Positions 1-15,730 of a stretch of DNA of 64,000 nucleotides are shown here, piece after piece (within the stretch, counting starts at the first letter, position 1; every line of letters starts with the position of its first letter). Origin of the DNA: the human T2T-CHM13v2.0 reference genome, Homo sapiens. The stretch lies in NCBI RefSeq assembly GCF_009914755.1, contig NC_060936.1, one strand, 5' to 3'. A program made the position numbers and the translations under genes. The notes below the pieces were generated by a model. The model saw only the letters and a program-made list of their open reading frames with translations, made no database searches and was not told the DNA's origin.

Positions 1-84
1 AGCAAAGCAACTCAGACTTCCACCAGATGCAAATTGTCACCAAAGCCTGCAACATAATCTCTACCAAATGTGCAAGATGCATTT

Positions 85-760
<676 letters not shown>

Positions 761-779
761 ATAAGATACATTTCCAAGT

Positions 780-965
780 GCTCCATGGAAACCATCTCAT
801 TGATTGCTCCTATGAAGTGCTCATTATTATCCCCAGTTTACAGATGAGGAAACTGAAGCATAGAGAAGTTCAACTCATCCAAGTTCCCAAAGAAACTGAA
901 CAGGGATCTGAATACGGGCAGGTCTGTCCAGCTGCAGAGCCCAGAGCCCTTGATGCCACCTAAAA
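780..965 (+). mobile_element. MIR
   Basis: MIR core tttacagatgaggaaactgaagc. Confidence 0.75.
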
Positions 966-2069
966 CTGCCTCCCGGGTTGGCTCCTACCATTTCTCACAT
1001 GGCTGATGTCATTCTAATCCTCCTCCAGGGGCTGCAGAGAAGCTCCGGCCTGCTCCTCACTTTACAAGCAGAGCCAAGCATATCCCCTCCAGAACCATAC
1101 CGCCTATTCTTCCCATCAGAAGCTCTATCTGCAGTCATCACACTGGGAGCATCAGACAGCCCCACTGCCTGCTGAGTCATGGCAGGGTGTGGAAATATGC
1201 TTGTGTGCGTGGGTGCAAATGGACCGGGAGGCGATGATCAACAAAACTCCCAAACTAGAAAAAGATGGTCAGAGCCAGGGCTTTGAGAATGCAGAGAAGA
1301 GCGTAGTGGTTTTGTTGGCAAAATATCAAACCACTTAGTAGACAGAATTGACACTGTTTATCTTTTCATCAAGACATCAAGAGAATGTCTTACATCCTCA
1401 GCAAAGTCATCTTCTAGATTTTGAATTGAAGACCAGAGGACTGTATTGTCTGCCCCAGAAAACAGTCCATCATGTACATAGTTGGTGTTCAAATAGTACT
1501 TGGATGAATGGACAGTTGGAAGGATGATGGACGGAAGATTCACCCTATAGTAAGTACTTGTTAAAACTTCCTAATCTGGTGGTTACAAACGTCTAAAAAA
1601 ACACACACAATAAACTGAATTCCTAATTCCATCCACTGTGGCTCACAGATCTCATACAATGAGTGCTTATTATTTAAATGTTAAAAGTGTTTTCACAGGT
1701 TAATTGCAGCAACTCATATGTCTTCCAAAGAGCTCCTTTAGTCTTGGACATGGTGTAATTACGTTCAGTGGAGCACAGATATCCCTTTCAAGAGCAATCT
1801 TTTCTCCTTCGTGCCTTCTTTAAGGGTTACACAAAAGATAACCTGGCTGGGTGACCATCTCTTTGCAAGACTAACTGATCTAGCCCACATCTAGTTCCAG
1901 AATTTTCCCAGTGTAGAGGACACTGGATGAGGTCCTGAGTCATCCTAAAGTCTTTAACTCACAGACCCTAAATACAGTCCCAGGTATCCAAGCTCAACCC
2001 ACTTCAGGCCACCAAAGGTTAGTACTGGGAAGGAGAAGAAAGGGAAGGGAAAAAGTAAGAAGTCAGGCA

Positions 2070-2232
2070 GTTGTGAGTTCAAGCCCTGGCTCTGCCTCGT
2101 AGCAGCTGTGTGACTTTGGGCAAGTCATTTAACCTCTCTAGGTCTGTTTCTGCTTTCCTAAAATGAGAATAAATTGCACCTGCCTCACAGGTTGTAACCG
2201 GAAAGTGTTTAGCACAGTGGCCAGCACATAGA
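2070..2232 (-). mobile_element. MIR
   Basis: gctgtgtgactttgggcaagtcatttaacctctct...taaaatgagaataa. Confidence 0.75.
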
Positions 2233-2902
2233 AAACACCACGTGAGTGAGCACAGAGGGCAAGGTCTGAGGTCATTGGAAGGTGGGGCAGAAGGGAGCTT
2301 TGAATGGGCAAGGTTTGCAGTAAATAGAATAGAGTTGGGGCCAAACAGAGGAGAAAGCAAATGGCAGAGATTGCTCAATAATTTTTCCTAAGCAGATTTT
2401 CCAGGGCAGGGACAGGATGGGAGGAATCATTTGGTGACCTGGTTTTCCGAGCTCTTGGACCACGCCATGGTCTTCATATTAGGCATTCTGGAAAGTTCCA
2501 TTAGAACTGTCCCTTCAAGCCTAAAGAATTACCAGGCCCTTCTACCTCTTAATTTTCCAAAGAATGTGTATCCTCTTTGTTTAGTCAATCATGACCATAC
2601 AGGCCTTACAGCTCATCAACCTTAATCCTTTCAGCAAACAGGTAATAAGGACAGACAATAACATCTGAACGCAGGTGCATTCTCCGCTTTCAGCTGTTGC
2701 AGGGCTCCCACCTCTGGCCTGTGAATGGGTTAGCATAGCTGGTACCTGAAACCAGAGCTGGGGTCACGTGGTTGCAGCCAACCTGTGCAGAGAGGGCAAC
2801 TTCTCGCTGCCTTGAGTTGTGGCCCTCCCTGTCTGGTAAGAGAGGAGGAGACGCCTCCCCGATTCAGGGAAGGAGGAAGAGAATGAGCGGCAGGTCGCCT
2901 AC

Positions 2903-2949
2903 CTGGACATTCTTCATTGCTGCAGATCCACTGGCTGTTTCGGCAAATG
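2903..2949 (-). CDS. VWF: VWF exon 10 (c.1110-1156), CICRNSQWICSNEECP
   Basis: caacag|CATTTG...CCAG|gtaggc; 47 nt. Confidence 0.98.
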
Positions 2950-3936
2950 CTGTTGGAGGGAAAAAGCACAGGTCATTGGTGGTTCTGCAAACACAAGGGT
3001 ATGCAAATGGATTTAGAGCTCATGGTAGTTATCACAGTCCCCAAACGAAGGGATGTGGGAAAAGAAAAGAGCTGGTGCTAGCAGAATCTTCATAGGGTTA
3101 AAATTGTACAGGACAGAGCTTTGGCCACAAAGGAATCTTAGAGATATTACCCAGGGGAAGAAACCCCAACAGAGAAAAAGAAGAAAGAAAAAAAAACTAC
3201 CTGATCCCCCTGAAAATCTACTCAGATACCAAGAAGTCAAATTCCTACCCCACACACAGTGAGTGGCAGAGAGCAAGAGAGCGATATGGAAATGGGTAGC
3301 TCCCAGCCCAGAAGTGTGGTGGGCGGTGGCCGACTGAGAACCTGGGGGCTCAGTGCACACAGAAGGCTGCTAAGATAGCAAAGGGAGGAGGCCTGGGGAC
3401 CAAACGAGTTGTCCCTGCTGTGCAGGAGACTGGCAAAGCCAGCCAGAGGTGACATCCAGGGGTGCTTCTTGAGATGACAGAAGCCAGGCTGGGCCTGGCC
3501 TACTGCAGGGACCAAGGGAGGGCAGACTGGTGTGAGTTTCCACTGGCCACTGCAACTTCCTACCACCTAGCAGATGAGAGATTTCAAGGAGAGAAGGACC
3601 TACGTACTGCTTAGTGATACAGCCCTCCTCCAGGGGGAAAGGATCATTTATGAAAGCATAGTTTGGAGGGACAGCTAGAGATGATGTCTGCACGTGAAGG
3701 ATCCTGCCCTTCCTGACCTCCCCATCTTCAAGGCTTATTTATCTGTAATATACTCTTTGCTCCCCATCATTGCCTGCCACACCTGTCCCTAGCCCCCACC
3801 AGTAGCCTCCAACTCAGTCTCTTCTTTCTTGGCACGGTCCAGGTTCTTTTCCACCTGCCACCACCCCTGCTGACCCAGCTTCCCTCCCCAGTCCCCCAGG
3901 CAGGTCTCCCAGAGCACGCTGCGCAGCCCCCATTAC

Positions 3937-4048
3937 CAGGTGTTGCAGTCTCGAGAGAGGGAGGTGCCGGGAGGGTAGCGCTTTCCGGAATGCACGCAGG
4001 GACACTCGGTGCTCTCCACGCAGAGGCCTTCATCCAGGAGCTGTCCCT
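3937..4048 (-). CDS. VWF: VWF exon 9 (c.998-1109), end of TIL-1 / E-1
   Basis: ccccag|AGGGAC...CCTG|gtaatg; 112 nt; [37 protein letters not shown]. Confidence 0.98.
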
Positions 4049-4450
4049 CTGGGGTCAAGGGCATCAAGACAAAGGCCTCAACATTGTCATTGCGTCACTC
4101 ATCCCACAACTATAGAATCCCCAGGGACAATGGTTGGGTTTCTTCCAGGAAGCTCAAAGAACTTGTTCTGTGGTGTTTATCTTTCACATAATGCAATATA
4201 AGGAAGGGAAATTCCTCATCTCCATTACTACAGATGAAGACATGAGCAAAAGAATTTTGTTCCAGGTCATCCAGTAGGGGAGGCACAAGTCTGGGCTTAG
4301 GGCTTCTTCCAGGAAGCTCAAGAATGTGTGTGCTGCTTCCCTTACACATTAATGCAACGTGAGAGGGAGAAGACTACTCATTACCATTCCACAGATGAAG
4401 GGAGTCAAGAGTTTTGTTCAAGTTCTTCCAGTAGAGAAGTCATGAGTTGA

Positions 4451-4783
<333 letters not shown>

Positions 4784-5225
4784 TAATTAAACAGGGGTTT
4801 TCCCCAAAGCCCACCAAGCCTCCCCTGAAAAGACTTTCTAGTGCAGAGCCCTTTTTCAGCTGAGCTCACATGACAAACCCAGGAGATCTTTTTCCCAGAT
4901 CGGTTCCCTGACACACCTAATTGAGAAAACAGCTCAGCTCAGATGGGCCACGAGTTCCCCAAACAAAGTTACTGTTGGGGCCCAGGCCACCCTCCAATTT
5001 CCCTCAACACAAGTGCGTTCATGGATACAGTACAACAGGACAACGTACATTAAAAATAAAGACCAGCTCAATCCTGATCACGCTGGACAAAGACATTTAA
5101 AAACTTAATAAAAGGCTTCTGATTTCAGCAACGGGGAGCAAACACAAGTGGCCTTCATCTCACTTCCCAAAGCCAAGGGTGCTGGCAAGGTCTCTGATCT
5201 GTAAATAAAGTGGGAAGTTCATTAC

Positions 5226-5348
5226 CAGGGCAGCTGCAGCCATCCACGCATCGCTCCTGACACATTTCATTGATGTGCAGGCTCTGGCAGGTCCTGGCGC
5301 AAGGGGACACACACTGCCTATACTCCATACCAGCAGGGCACACTGGGC
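5226..5348 (-). CDS. VWF: VWF exon 8 (c.875-997), TIL-1 domain
   Basis: tttcag|GCCCAG...CCTG|gtaatg; 123 nt; [40 protein letters not shown]. Confidence 0.99.
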
Positions 5349-6941
5349 CTGAAAAGGAACATCAAAGGGGTCTACCCAGGGCAGGTCCCACCGGTGCATC
5401 ATCTCACCAGCCATGCCACAGCCTGAGCCTCTCGTGCCCACTCTGACTGCTCCCCTCTGTCTTCAGGCTTCCAGGTCCTTCTCACCCCCAGTGAGCCACG
5501 TGCCCCCCTGAGGCCACCCCTCCCTTAGATGAACATCTTCCATCTTGTGAGGCCCTTACCAAGACCCATCGGGGGCACCCAGGACCCCCACCCTTCCCCT
5601 TGGTCGCCTGCTCTCCATGTATAACTTGGCATTCTTTCCTCCCCTTCACCTAAAACCCTTTCAGAGTGACACCAAACTCCTCTAGGCTCAAAACAAGTGG
5701 AGTCCTACGACAAAGCAAGGAGCCATGGTGCCCTCCATCCCATCCCTCCTCCTTTTCCCCATGAAATTGGCCCCAATCAAATGCCCCACCCAGCACAGGG
5801 CACATTTGCCTGCATGGTGACACTCATTCCATATTTATTTCCACTCTGCCACAAGGCTGCCTTCACAGATATCACCTAAGCACTCTCTGTTCTTCCCAAT
5901 GGAACCAGCTCCTCACTGCAAGGACAGGCTCTCCTCCTTCCTCTCTCTACCCTGTAGCTGAGCGACATTCAGGCTGACTGAAAGACCGAAACACATAAGC
6001 ACTCTTTTCTGGGCTTTCTGACACCAAACTATTGCCCCTTAACCCTTCTCCAAGATACATCAGGTTATCTCCCCTACCCTACATTCACAGACCTAAAAAA
6101 AAAAAAAAAAAAAAAAACAGCCACTCGGCTTTACAGAGAAGAAACCAGCTGCTAGCATCCTCCTTCCTCACACCCCCACCACAGGCAGAAAGTTTGAATT
6201 CAGCAGCTATTTGCCACACACTGAGACACACGTGTGCAGTGTAAAGATGTGGCCGGCTCAGCTCATCTGTGGAACCATCACAGACTGCTTATCCGTCTGC
6301 ATGGCTTTTAATCACTGGAAGGGCTGGGGAAAGAGGAGACTTCTTGCAAGGTGACCTCAGAAGTCCCCACTTAATCCTGATAATTTGGGGACAGTGACCA
6401 TAACTAGGCACCCATTGAGACTGGAAGATGAAACACACAGCACGAGTAAGGCAGGAGGGATAGCGGTCATTAGCCTGGAGGAGAGAGATTTAATAAAAGA
6501 GAAGAACTTAATGAATGCTTTCTGCTCTCTCAAAGATCACCACACACGGACAGCCAGGTCAGCGTCCTGCTCCTCATCAATTCGGGCGGGCAGGCGGTGA
6601 AGACAAAAACCAAAACCGCAACTGCCAAGATCTTGGTGGGAAGCAGAGAACACTGTGTGAGTGCAGGGGTCGGATTTCCTGAGGGAAGTCAGGGGGCGCC
6701 AGGGGAGGCGTGGGGGCGGGACGGAGGCAGGGGCAGGACACGGGGCTTTGGGAAGCCCGTTTGACAGAGGGCAGGAGCCATTCAGGAAATGGGTCCGGGA
6801 CACGTGGCTTTGTAGTCACTGGCTGGCTGGGTGTGGTAAAGCCGCACATACGTGACACAGCCCCGAAGCACCCTAAGGGACACCACCCAGGACAGACCGT
6901 TCATCCCCGGCAGGGCAGGACGGGGCAGGGGGCCGACTTAC

Positions 6942-7158
6942 TGCACGCGCTGTGGTCGGTCCAGCCGTACAGCACCATTCCCTCCTGGGCACAGGTCCGG
7001 GCGTACTCCAGGAGGGCAGGGCAGGCGCACTCCAGCCCCCCAGCACACTCACACAAAGTCTTCTCACACAGGGCCACAAAAGGCTCGGGGTCCACCAGAG
7101 GGTGGCAGCGGGCAAACACCGAGGTGCTCTTCAGAAGCTGGCACTGCTCCCACAGGCC
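6942..7158 (-). CDS. VWF: VWF exon 7 (c.658-874), C8-1 domain
   Basis: ctgcag|GGCCTG...GTGCA|gtaagt; 217 nt; [33 protein letters not shown]...TDHSAC. Confidence 0.99.
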
Positions 7159-7929
7159 CTGCAGGAAGAGGGGCCGCCTCAGCGGTATGCTCCGTTAGTG
7201 TCTCCCTGAGTGTGGCACTGAGACTTAGCCCTGCTAGGGAAACCAAGGCAGCTCCCTCAGCACCTGGGACAGGCTGGCACCAAGCACATGCATGTGTTCA
7301 ATGCACCAGCCCATCGACCAAGGAAAAGATGCTGGACCCGTGCAATGTGAAGTAGACCAAGGCTAAGGTTACATCCTAGACTGAGTCCTGGAAATGCAGA
7401 GTCCAAGGCCCTGGATTGCCATGGTGGGCAGTGTCCTAGGAACGGACAGAGGATGGAGAGAAGCACAAAGAGCATGCGCCCTGGAGTTGGCCTGGGTGGC
7501 TGCAGAGTCCAGGAATGCTGTCAGCATCGGTTCTGCACTGACCTGTTCAGCTCCCCTCCCTGACCTTGATCTTCTTCACTATGAATGAGGGGGATGGGAC
7601 AAGGGGCTTTATAGAGATTTCTGGGTCTCACCCTAGGAGATCTGAATGCAGTAGTTTGGGATGGGGATCAGCAAGATTTTTTTTTTTTTAAACACTCCCC
7701 AGGTGATTGCTGGGGCCAGACGGGACCAGTTCCCATCAGCAACAGCATGCGCTGATTCTGTGGAATGTCCCAGACACACTGCAGCAAGCACGAGTATTCT
7801 TGGTTCTACCACTTTGCTGATGCCCTCAACCTGATAACACAGGCAGCTTTGGAATTGTCATCATTTCCTACTTCTGCTCACTCACGAGTATCAACGACCC
7901 TACGTTTTACCTAGAAACATCTCTCCATT

Positions 7930-8100
7930 CTGTATGTTAATGACTCTAAATACACCTTTTTCCCACAGTGTAACATCTCTGAAGTTGGATTGCGTCTTAG
8001 GATGGCTATCATATTTGAATTGGTAGGCTTTTGTTTCTGAGCGATACACAGAACAATGGTGTGTCTTAGAATCCATGATGTCTTTCTTAGCTTTGGCACA
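7930..8100 (+). mobile_element. TcMar-Tc2 MITE, MER104-like
   Basis: taacatctctgaagttggattgcgtctta...ggtgtgtcttagaatccatga. Confidence 0.55.
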
Positions 8101-8649
8101 ACACAGAGTCATGGATATATATGATCCCCATGATTTCTTTCTTGCATAACTTCTTGGATGCATAATGCAATACTCTCTGACTGACAAAGCTGCAAGTTCA
8201 TGAAAAAACTTATGATCTTCAGCTAAAAAGAAAAAAGTGCAAGAATATCTCAATGGAAGGACTGGGTCCTGAAGGGTAAACTGGAGCCAGTTGGTATTTG
8301 GGAAAGGGGACAGCAAAAAAGAGGAAAGAAACGACCCGTTTTGAGGAGAGGGAAATTCAATCAGCTTGAATTGTACCAAGGGTCTCCAGAGCAAGCCTGT
8401 ATAAATCTACAGTCGGGGCCAGGGGCCAGGCCTGTGGGCCTCCTGTTTTGCGGCGCCACAGAAAGCCCACAGGAATAGAAACCTGACCCCATCTGCTCAC
8501 CGTTCTCGAAATCCAGTCCGGCAGCACAGGGACGTTGGTCCTAAGGAAATCAGTGTTCTAGCCCCAATGCCTGGTGCTAGGGCCCTGCCGCTTGCTAGGC
8601 CTCCACCCACTTCACCATCAAAGCCAAGCAGGCAGGCCTGGAAAAGATG

Positions 8650-8928
8650 CCCACACTTGTAATCCCAGCACTTTGGGAGGCCAAGTCGGGCGGATCACTT
8701 GAGATCAGGAATTTGAAACCAGCCTGGCCAATATGGTGAGACCCCATCTCTACTGAAAATATAAAACTTAGTGGGGCGTGGTGGCGCATGCTTGTAATCC
8801 CAGCTACTCGGGAGGCTGGGGCAAGAGAATTGCTTGAACGGCGGGGCAGGGGTGGAGGTTAAAGTGAGCTGAGATTGTGCCACTGCACTTCAGCCTGGGT
8901 GACAGAGCGAGACCCTGTCTCAAAAAAC
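8650..8928 (+). mobile_element. Alu (AluS-like, 5'-eroded)
   Basis: Alu consensus. Confidence 0.9.
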
Positions 8929-10931
8929 AAGCCGGGTTCTCTCTGCACCTTAGGAAAGCACCCACCGGCATGGGCTGCTCAACTGCAGAAGTGCAGCAGG
9001 TAGGCTCATGGGGACAGCCATCAGCTGCTCTGCGTCTCGGGGCCAACAGCAGCCCCTCCACGGCCCTGCCTTGCCCAATCCCCTTCTGCCGGGCGGGCAC
9101 CCACGGCATGGCTATGACAAGCCTAGGCCTTAAAGCCCAGCTCTGCCACTTACTGGCGGTGGGGACTTAGGCAAATCAGCTCACCTGGTCAGAGAAGAGT
9201 GTCCCAGAGTGAGAATGACCTGTGGAAATGACCAGTCCCAGACGGCCTGTTGGGGCCACGTGAAGATGCCACAATGCCAGCACCACGTAGGCCAGCCATG
9301 AATGCAGGCCACTGTTGTGGGTCCCGGGACCACTTAGGTCTCAGGTGGTTACATGCAGCCTTCCATTGGTCACCCTGAGCATTTTACACAAGGGGAACCT
9401 GAGGCTTCTGAAAGCAATGACGAGGGAGACTGACAGAGGTGGGCAGGCCTGCCTTGGCCTCATCATGACTTCCACAGCCCCAGATTCAGCCCAGCGTCTT
9501 CCCCATGCTAGCGTGTGAGCTAAGCTGTTTACTCAACCCCTCCTCTGCAAAACAGGGGAGAATAGTAACAGTTCCTCTGGGACAAGACTAGTGAAGACTG
9601 AATGGAATATGCACGCGGAAGACTTACCTTAATAAATGATGACCCCTATCATCATCATCATCATCTTCATCATCTCCTGGCCTCCAGAGAGATCCCTCCG
9701 GCCACTAGGCTTACCCTCTAGAATAGTGAGCAGGTCCCCAGCAGGACAGAAGGACACCTTTCTCCTTTTCCCCTTATCTCCATCACCCTGGGCTATACTG
9801 AGATGAATGGTTGCCGAGCATTATCACTTCCTAGTATCTTGCGTGCTCCTTAGGGAACAGAGGGGCTGCTTGTATTCATCTTTCATTTGGGAAGTTCACA
9901 CTTCTCCAGAACAAAGTGAGTTTCTAGTAGCAGGGAGGGAACCTCTCTTCTTTGCAATAGGCAGAACTTCCCATCCTCACTGCCAAGTTGGGGCTCAGGG
10001 AAGGAGACTGAGGCCTGTGTCTTTCCCTCCATTCTGCCATGCTGCCTACCCCATCAAAAATGTCATTCAGAGAATTACGTCACTGAACTCAGAGTGCAGA
10101 TGAGGGTGTCCCAGAGAGGGTCATGTGCTCAGGCTATTGTCTAGCCTTTTCCCCACCCACAATTTGAAACTAGAGAAAACCTCAAAAATGCACTCCCTGG
10201 GGTTTTCCTGGTCATTGCTATGACTGCTGCCATCACCTGGGCTGTAGCAGAGTGGCTCGGAGCAGTCCCTGCACCACAGGACTGATTCCTGCAGGCACAG
10301 GGACAAGGAACCAGGGATTCTCACCAGCAGGACACAGTACCAGCCAAGGGAAAGAAGAGACCCAGGAATCCAGGCACCCTCCCCTCTCAGAGCCGTGACC
10401 AGACAGAGCCCAGCATGGCCCATCTCCAGCATTTCCAAATCACTCTTTTCCCACTCAGAGGGATAATGGGAACAGTACTCCAGCACATTTCCTGGGAGGT
10501 CCCTGGAGGCATTAAATGGCTTATAGAAAGCCTTAGCAAGAAGGGTGTTTCTGATGATTTGCCTGCAGGATGGGAGTGGATTTCTGCAGAAACAGCCACC
10601 TCCCTTCTTAGAACAATTCCTTTGGCCTCCACTGTACAAACTTCTGAAATCTGCCTAGGGTTTCTTTCTTAGCAGAAACAAAAGATAAAGTCTGTCCTCC
10701 CATTTTGTCCTTCAGTCTTCCTCTGGTCAGGCTTGGCCTGAACTTGGTCCACCTGAGTGGGCACAGCTGAGAGCCAGGCAGGACTTGCAGCTGGATCCGC
10801 ACTCACCTGCAGCCATACCACATGGCATGTTTAGGTGGCTATCTCTGCTGCTCCCAGCTTCCCTGTTCTGCCACAGGTAGCCCTGCCAGACCAGACCAGG
10901 TCCTGAGACAGGACACAGAAACAGGTCCAAG

Positions 10932-11312
<381 letters not shown>

Positions 11313-12930
11313 TCACTCAACAAGCATTAGCAGTGTGGCCTCTGGGTCTCCAGCAGGGTGTCCAAGCCCATATAAAATGCAAGTCTAACTATGTATGTCC
11401 CACCCTGGCTGACAGGGCAAAGCTCTAGCTCATTAGGACACAGCAAAGCCAGGAAGCTCAGCCTTCATGATCTGACCCCAGCCTGGCTCTCCAGCCTCAC
11501 CCTCCCTGCTCCCCACCTCACACACTGTGCCAGGCTCAAGGAATGCAATAGAAAGCAAACAGATCCCCCTCATAAAGCCCAGCAGGGAAATCTGCCCTCT
11601 ACCCATCCCATCTGCCCTCCTGCATTTCCCCCTTCTTTGGCCCCCACTAACTCCCACCCCACACTTCAGATCAAGAGCCTCCTTTTCCAGGAAGGCTTCT
11701 CTGACAGGTCCTTCTCCCCACTCTGCCGAGTTAGGTGTTCTCACAGCCCTCTGGGGGCCTCTATTCTTGTACTGAAATGGTCCATTTCTGTGGCCGTCTC
11801 CTCCATTTCTCTGCAAGCTTTTCAAAGACAGGAGCTGTATTCCCAGGGCACTCATGGCAGGGAATAAGGATATGCTGAATCAAACCTAACAGTGATGAAC
11901 GCAGACAGGAGTAAGTCATGCCTTTCATGCCCTCCAGCTCTTAACTGGCATTCAATCTACCTGAACCGGGTGTTTCCATGGGGATGTTTGCCTAACAGCC
12001 TGAAGACTTGGTTCTCACCTAGAGGTGTCTTCCCAATGGTGCAGCCAATGGCAGCAGCAAGAAACCTGCAGCTGAGACATCAGGGAAGGCTGCCTAACAG
12101 AAGGCAGTCTGCACAGGGCCCTGGATGCAACATAGGACTTAGGCTGCAGGGCAGGAGGGAGGCCATGTCAGGTGAAGCCAATGGCATAAGCTCAGGCAGG
12201 AGAAGAAACAGAGTCACCACGGCTGAGCCGAGCACTAAGACTCCAGCCCAGTCTTGCCGACAGATTCCCCAGGAAAGGCACAGCTGCCCGCTGAGAGGCT
12301 GTTCCAAGTCTGTGGCCTCAGCTTCTCTTAGCAGGTAGTTACGGCCCCATCATAATCCAAACCCAACCAAGCTCTCCTTGAGTAGGTGTCTACTTTCCGC
12401 CTGTTCCCACGCCCTCAGACCCTTCCGCGTGTGTTCCTGCCTGCGCGAAGTTCTCATAGACCCCTTTCTCTCACTCCCCCTAGGTTATGCCCTCCATGGC
12501 TTAGAAACGGCTCCGTGTGCCCTCTTTTCCTGTGGGAATTGGCACAATCATGCACACCAGTGGGTGGGGTGGGCAGCAGGAGCCAGGCGGGATGCCTAGG
12601 CCAGGCATCTCTGGCTCTTACCATCCACTCAGTCACGGGGGGCTATTGGCTCATAGAGCTCCCTGCCCAGAAGGCCCTCCACAGATTCTCCGCCCATCCT
12701 CCTGCGTTCAGGAAAGGCTGAGGCAAACCTCACCTCCTTCTCCACAGCTGACCTCTCTCCTAGCCCACCTAAAGTACTTTCAGAGACCATCTCATCACCC
12801 ATGCCACAAATGGGCCCTTCAGAGGCCTGAAGACACCTCCAAAGAACACAGCTCTCCTCAGACAAAGGCTGATACAGACAGCCTTTCAGATTTAGAAACT
12901 GAAGCATGGAGTGGGTAAAGAATTTACTAG

Positions 12931-13246
<316 letters not shown>

Positions 13247-13249
13247 AAG

Positions 13250-14067
<818 letters not shown>

Positions 14068-14075
14068 TATACAAT

Positions 14076-14450
14076 CGTTAAATTTTAAGTTTAGCCGAAA
14101 GCTGCCTCCTTACATATTTTAAGTTAGGCCTAAAGGTTTCTCCCTACATAATGAACTGTAACCTAACTGGAGATGTAAACACACTGTAACCTCCTCTTGG
14201 GGCAGCCCACTGTTCAAACTACGTTCTAATAAGGCAAATGTTGCGCTGTAGCCAATCCAACTGTTTCTCTACCTCACTTCCAGTTTCTGTAAGTCACTTG
14301 TCTTTTTCTGTCCATAAATCTTCTTTGACCATGAGGCAGGCCAGAGTCTCTCTGAGCCTGTTCTGATTCGGGGGCTGCCTGGTTCATGCATCATTCTTTG
14401 CTCAAGTAAACCCTGTTAAATTTAATTTGTCTCAGGTTTTTCTTTTAACA
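14076..14450 (+). mobile_element. ERV1 solo LTR, MER57-like
   Basis: Starts (c)gttaaattttaagtttagccgaaagctgcctccttacata, ends tttcttttaaca. Confidence 0.75.
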
Positions 14451-14628
14451 CTAGTGATGGGGTGCAAACCCTGAGTGCCTGAGTCCATTCCAAACCACAA
14501 ATTACAGTTTTCCATCCTGCCCTCCCACTCCTGTTTCCTAGCAATCAGATTAGAAGACAGGGTCATACAGTGGCTGTAGCTCAGGTTTTAGAAGCATGGT
14601 TGGGCTAGAATCTCAACCCATCACTTTC

Positions 14629-15225
<597 letters not shown>

Positions 15226-15289
15226 CTACCTGTGAAAGAGGGGAAAAGTGGAAGAGGTTGAAAGTTGTCCAGGAGCTATTCTCCCCTTC

Positions 15290-15730
15290 TTAGTCACAGA
15301 ATCCTCAGTTTTCAATTTCCCACCCCCGTGGGGCACAGAGCTGCTAGGAATAAGATTCCATTTCTCAGCCTCCCTTGCAGCTGGGGGCAGCCATATGACT
15401 AAGCAATACCCAGTAGGCTATAAGCAGAGGGGTCTTGTGCAACCTCCACCAAGTGTCCTCAAAATAAGGGACTGCTTCTTCCTTAGTCCCTTCTCTTTCT
15501 ACTGCGGGAATGTAGTTGTGATGCCTGAAGCTTGAGCTGGCGTTTTGGTGCACAAGGTAGAAGCCCCCACTGGGGACAACAGAGAAATAAGACAGAGGGA
15601 CCCTGGATCCCAACACCATGAGATCTTGCATGGCCCTGGACATCCTACCCCAAACTTCTTTACATGAGAGATAAATAAACTTAGATTGTATAAGTCCTGT
15701 CACTCACAGCTGAACCTACTCCTAACTGAC
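15290..15730. mobile_element. MaLR LTR (MLT1-like)
   Basis: catttctcagcctcccttgcagctggggg cagccatatgact; catgagagataaataaac. Confidence 0.6.

Noticed and set aside
6710-7355. 162- and 167-aa plus-strand ORFs antisense to exon 7
   Set aside because: GC-rich shadow ORFs with GTG starts; no independent evidence
7900-8394. 164-aa minus-strand ORF
   Set aside because: TTG start, overlaps a MER104-like remnant, no recognisable domain
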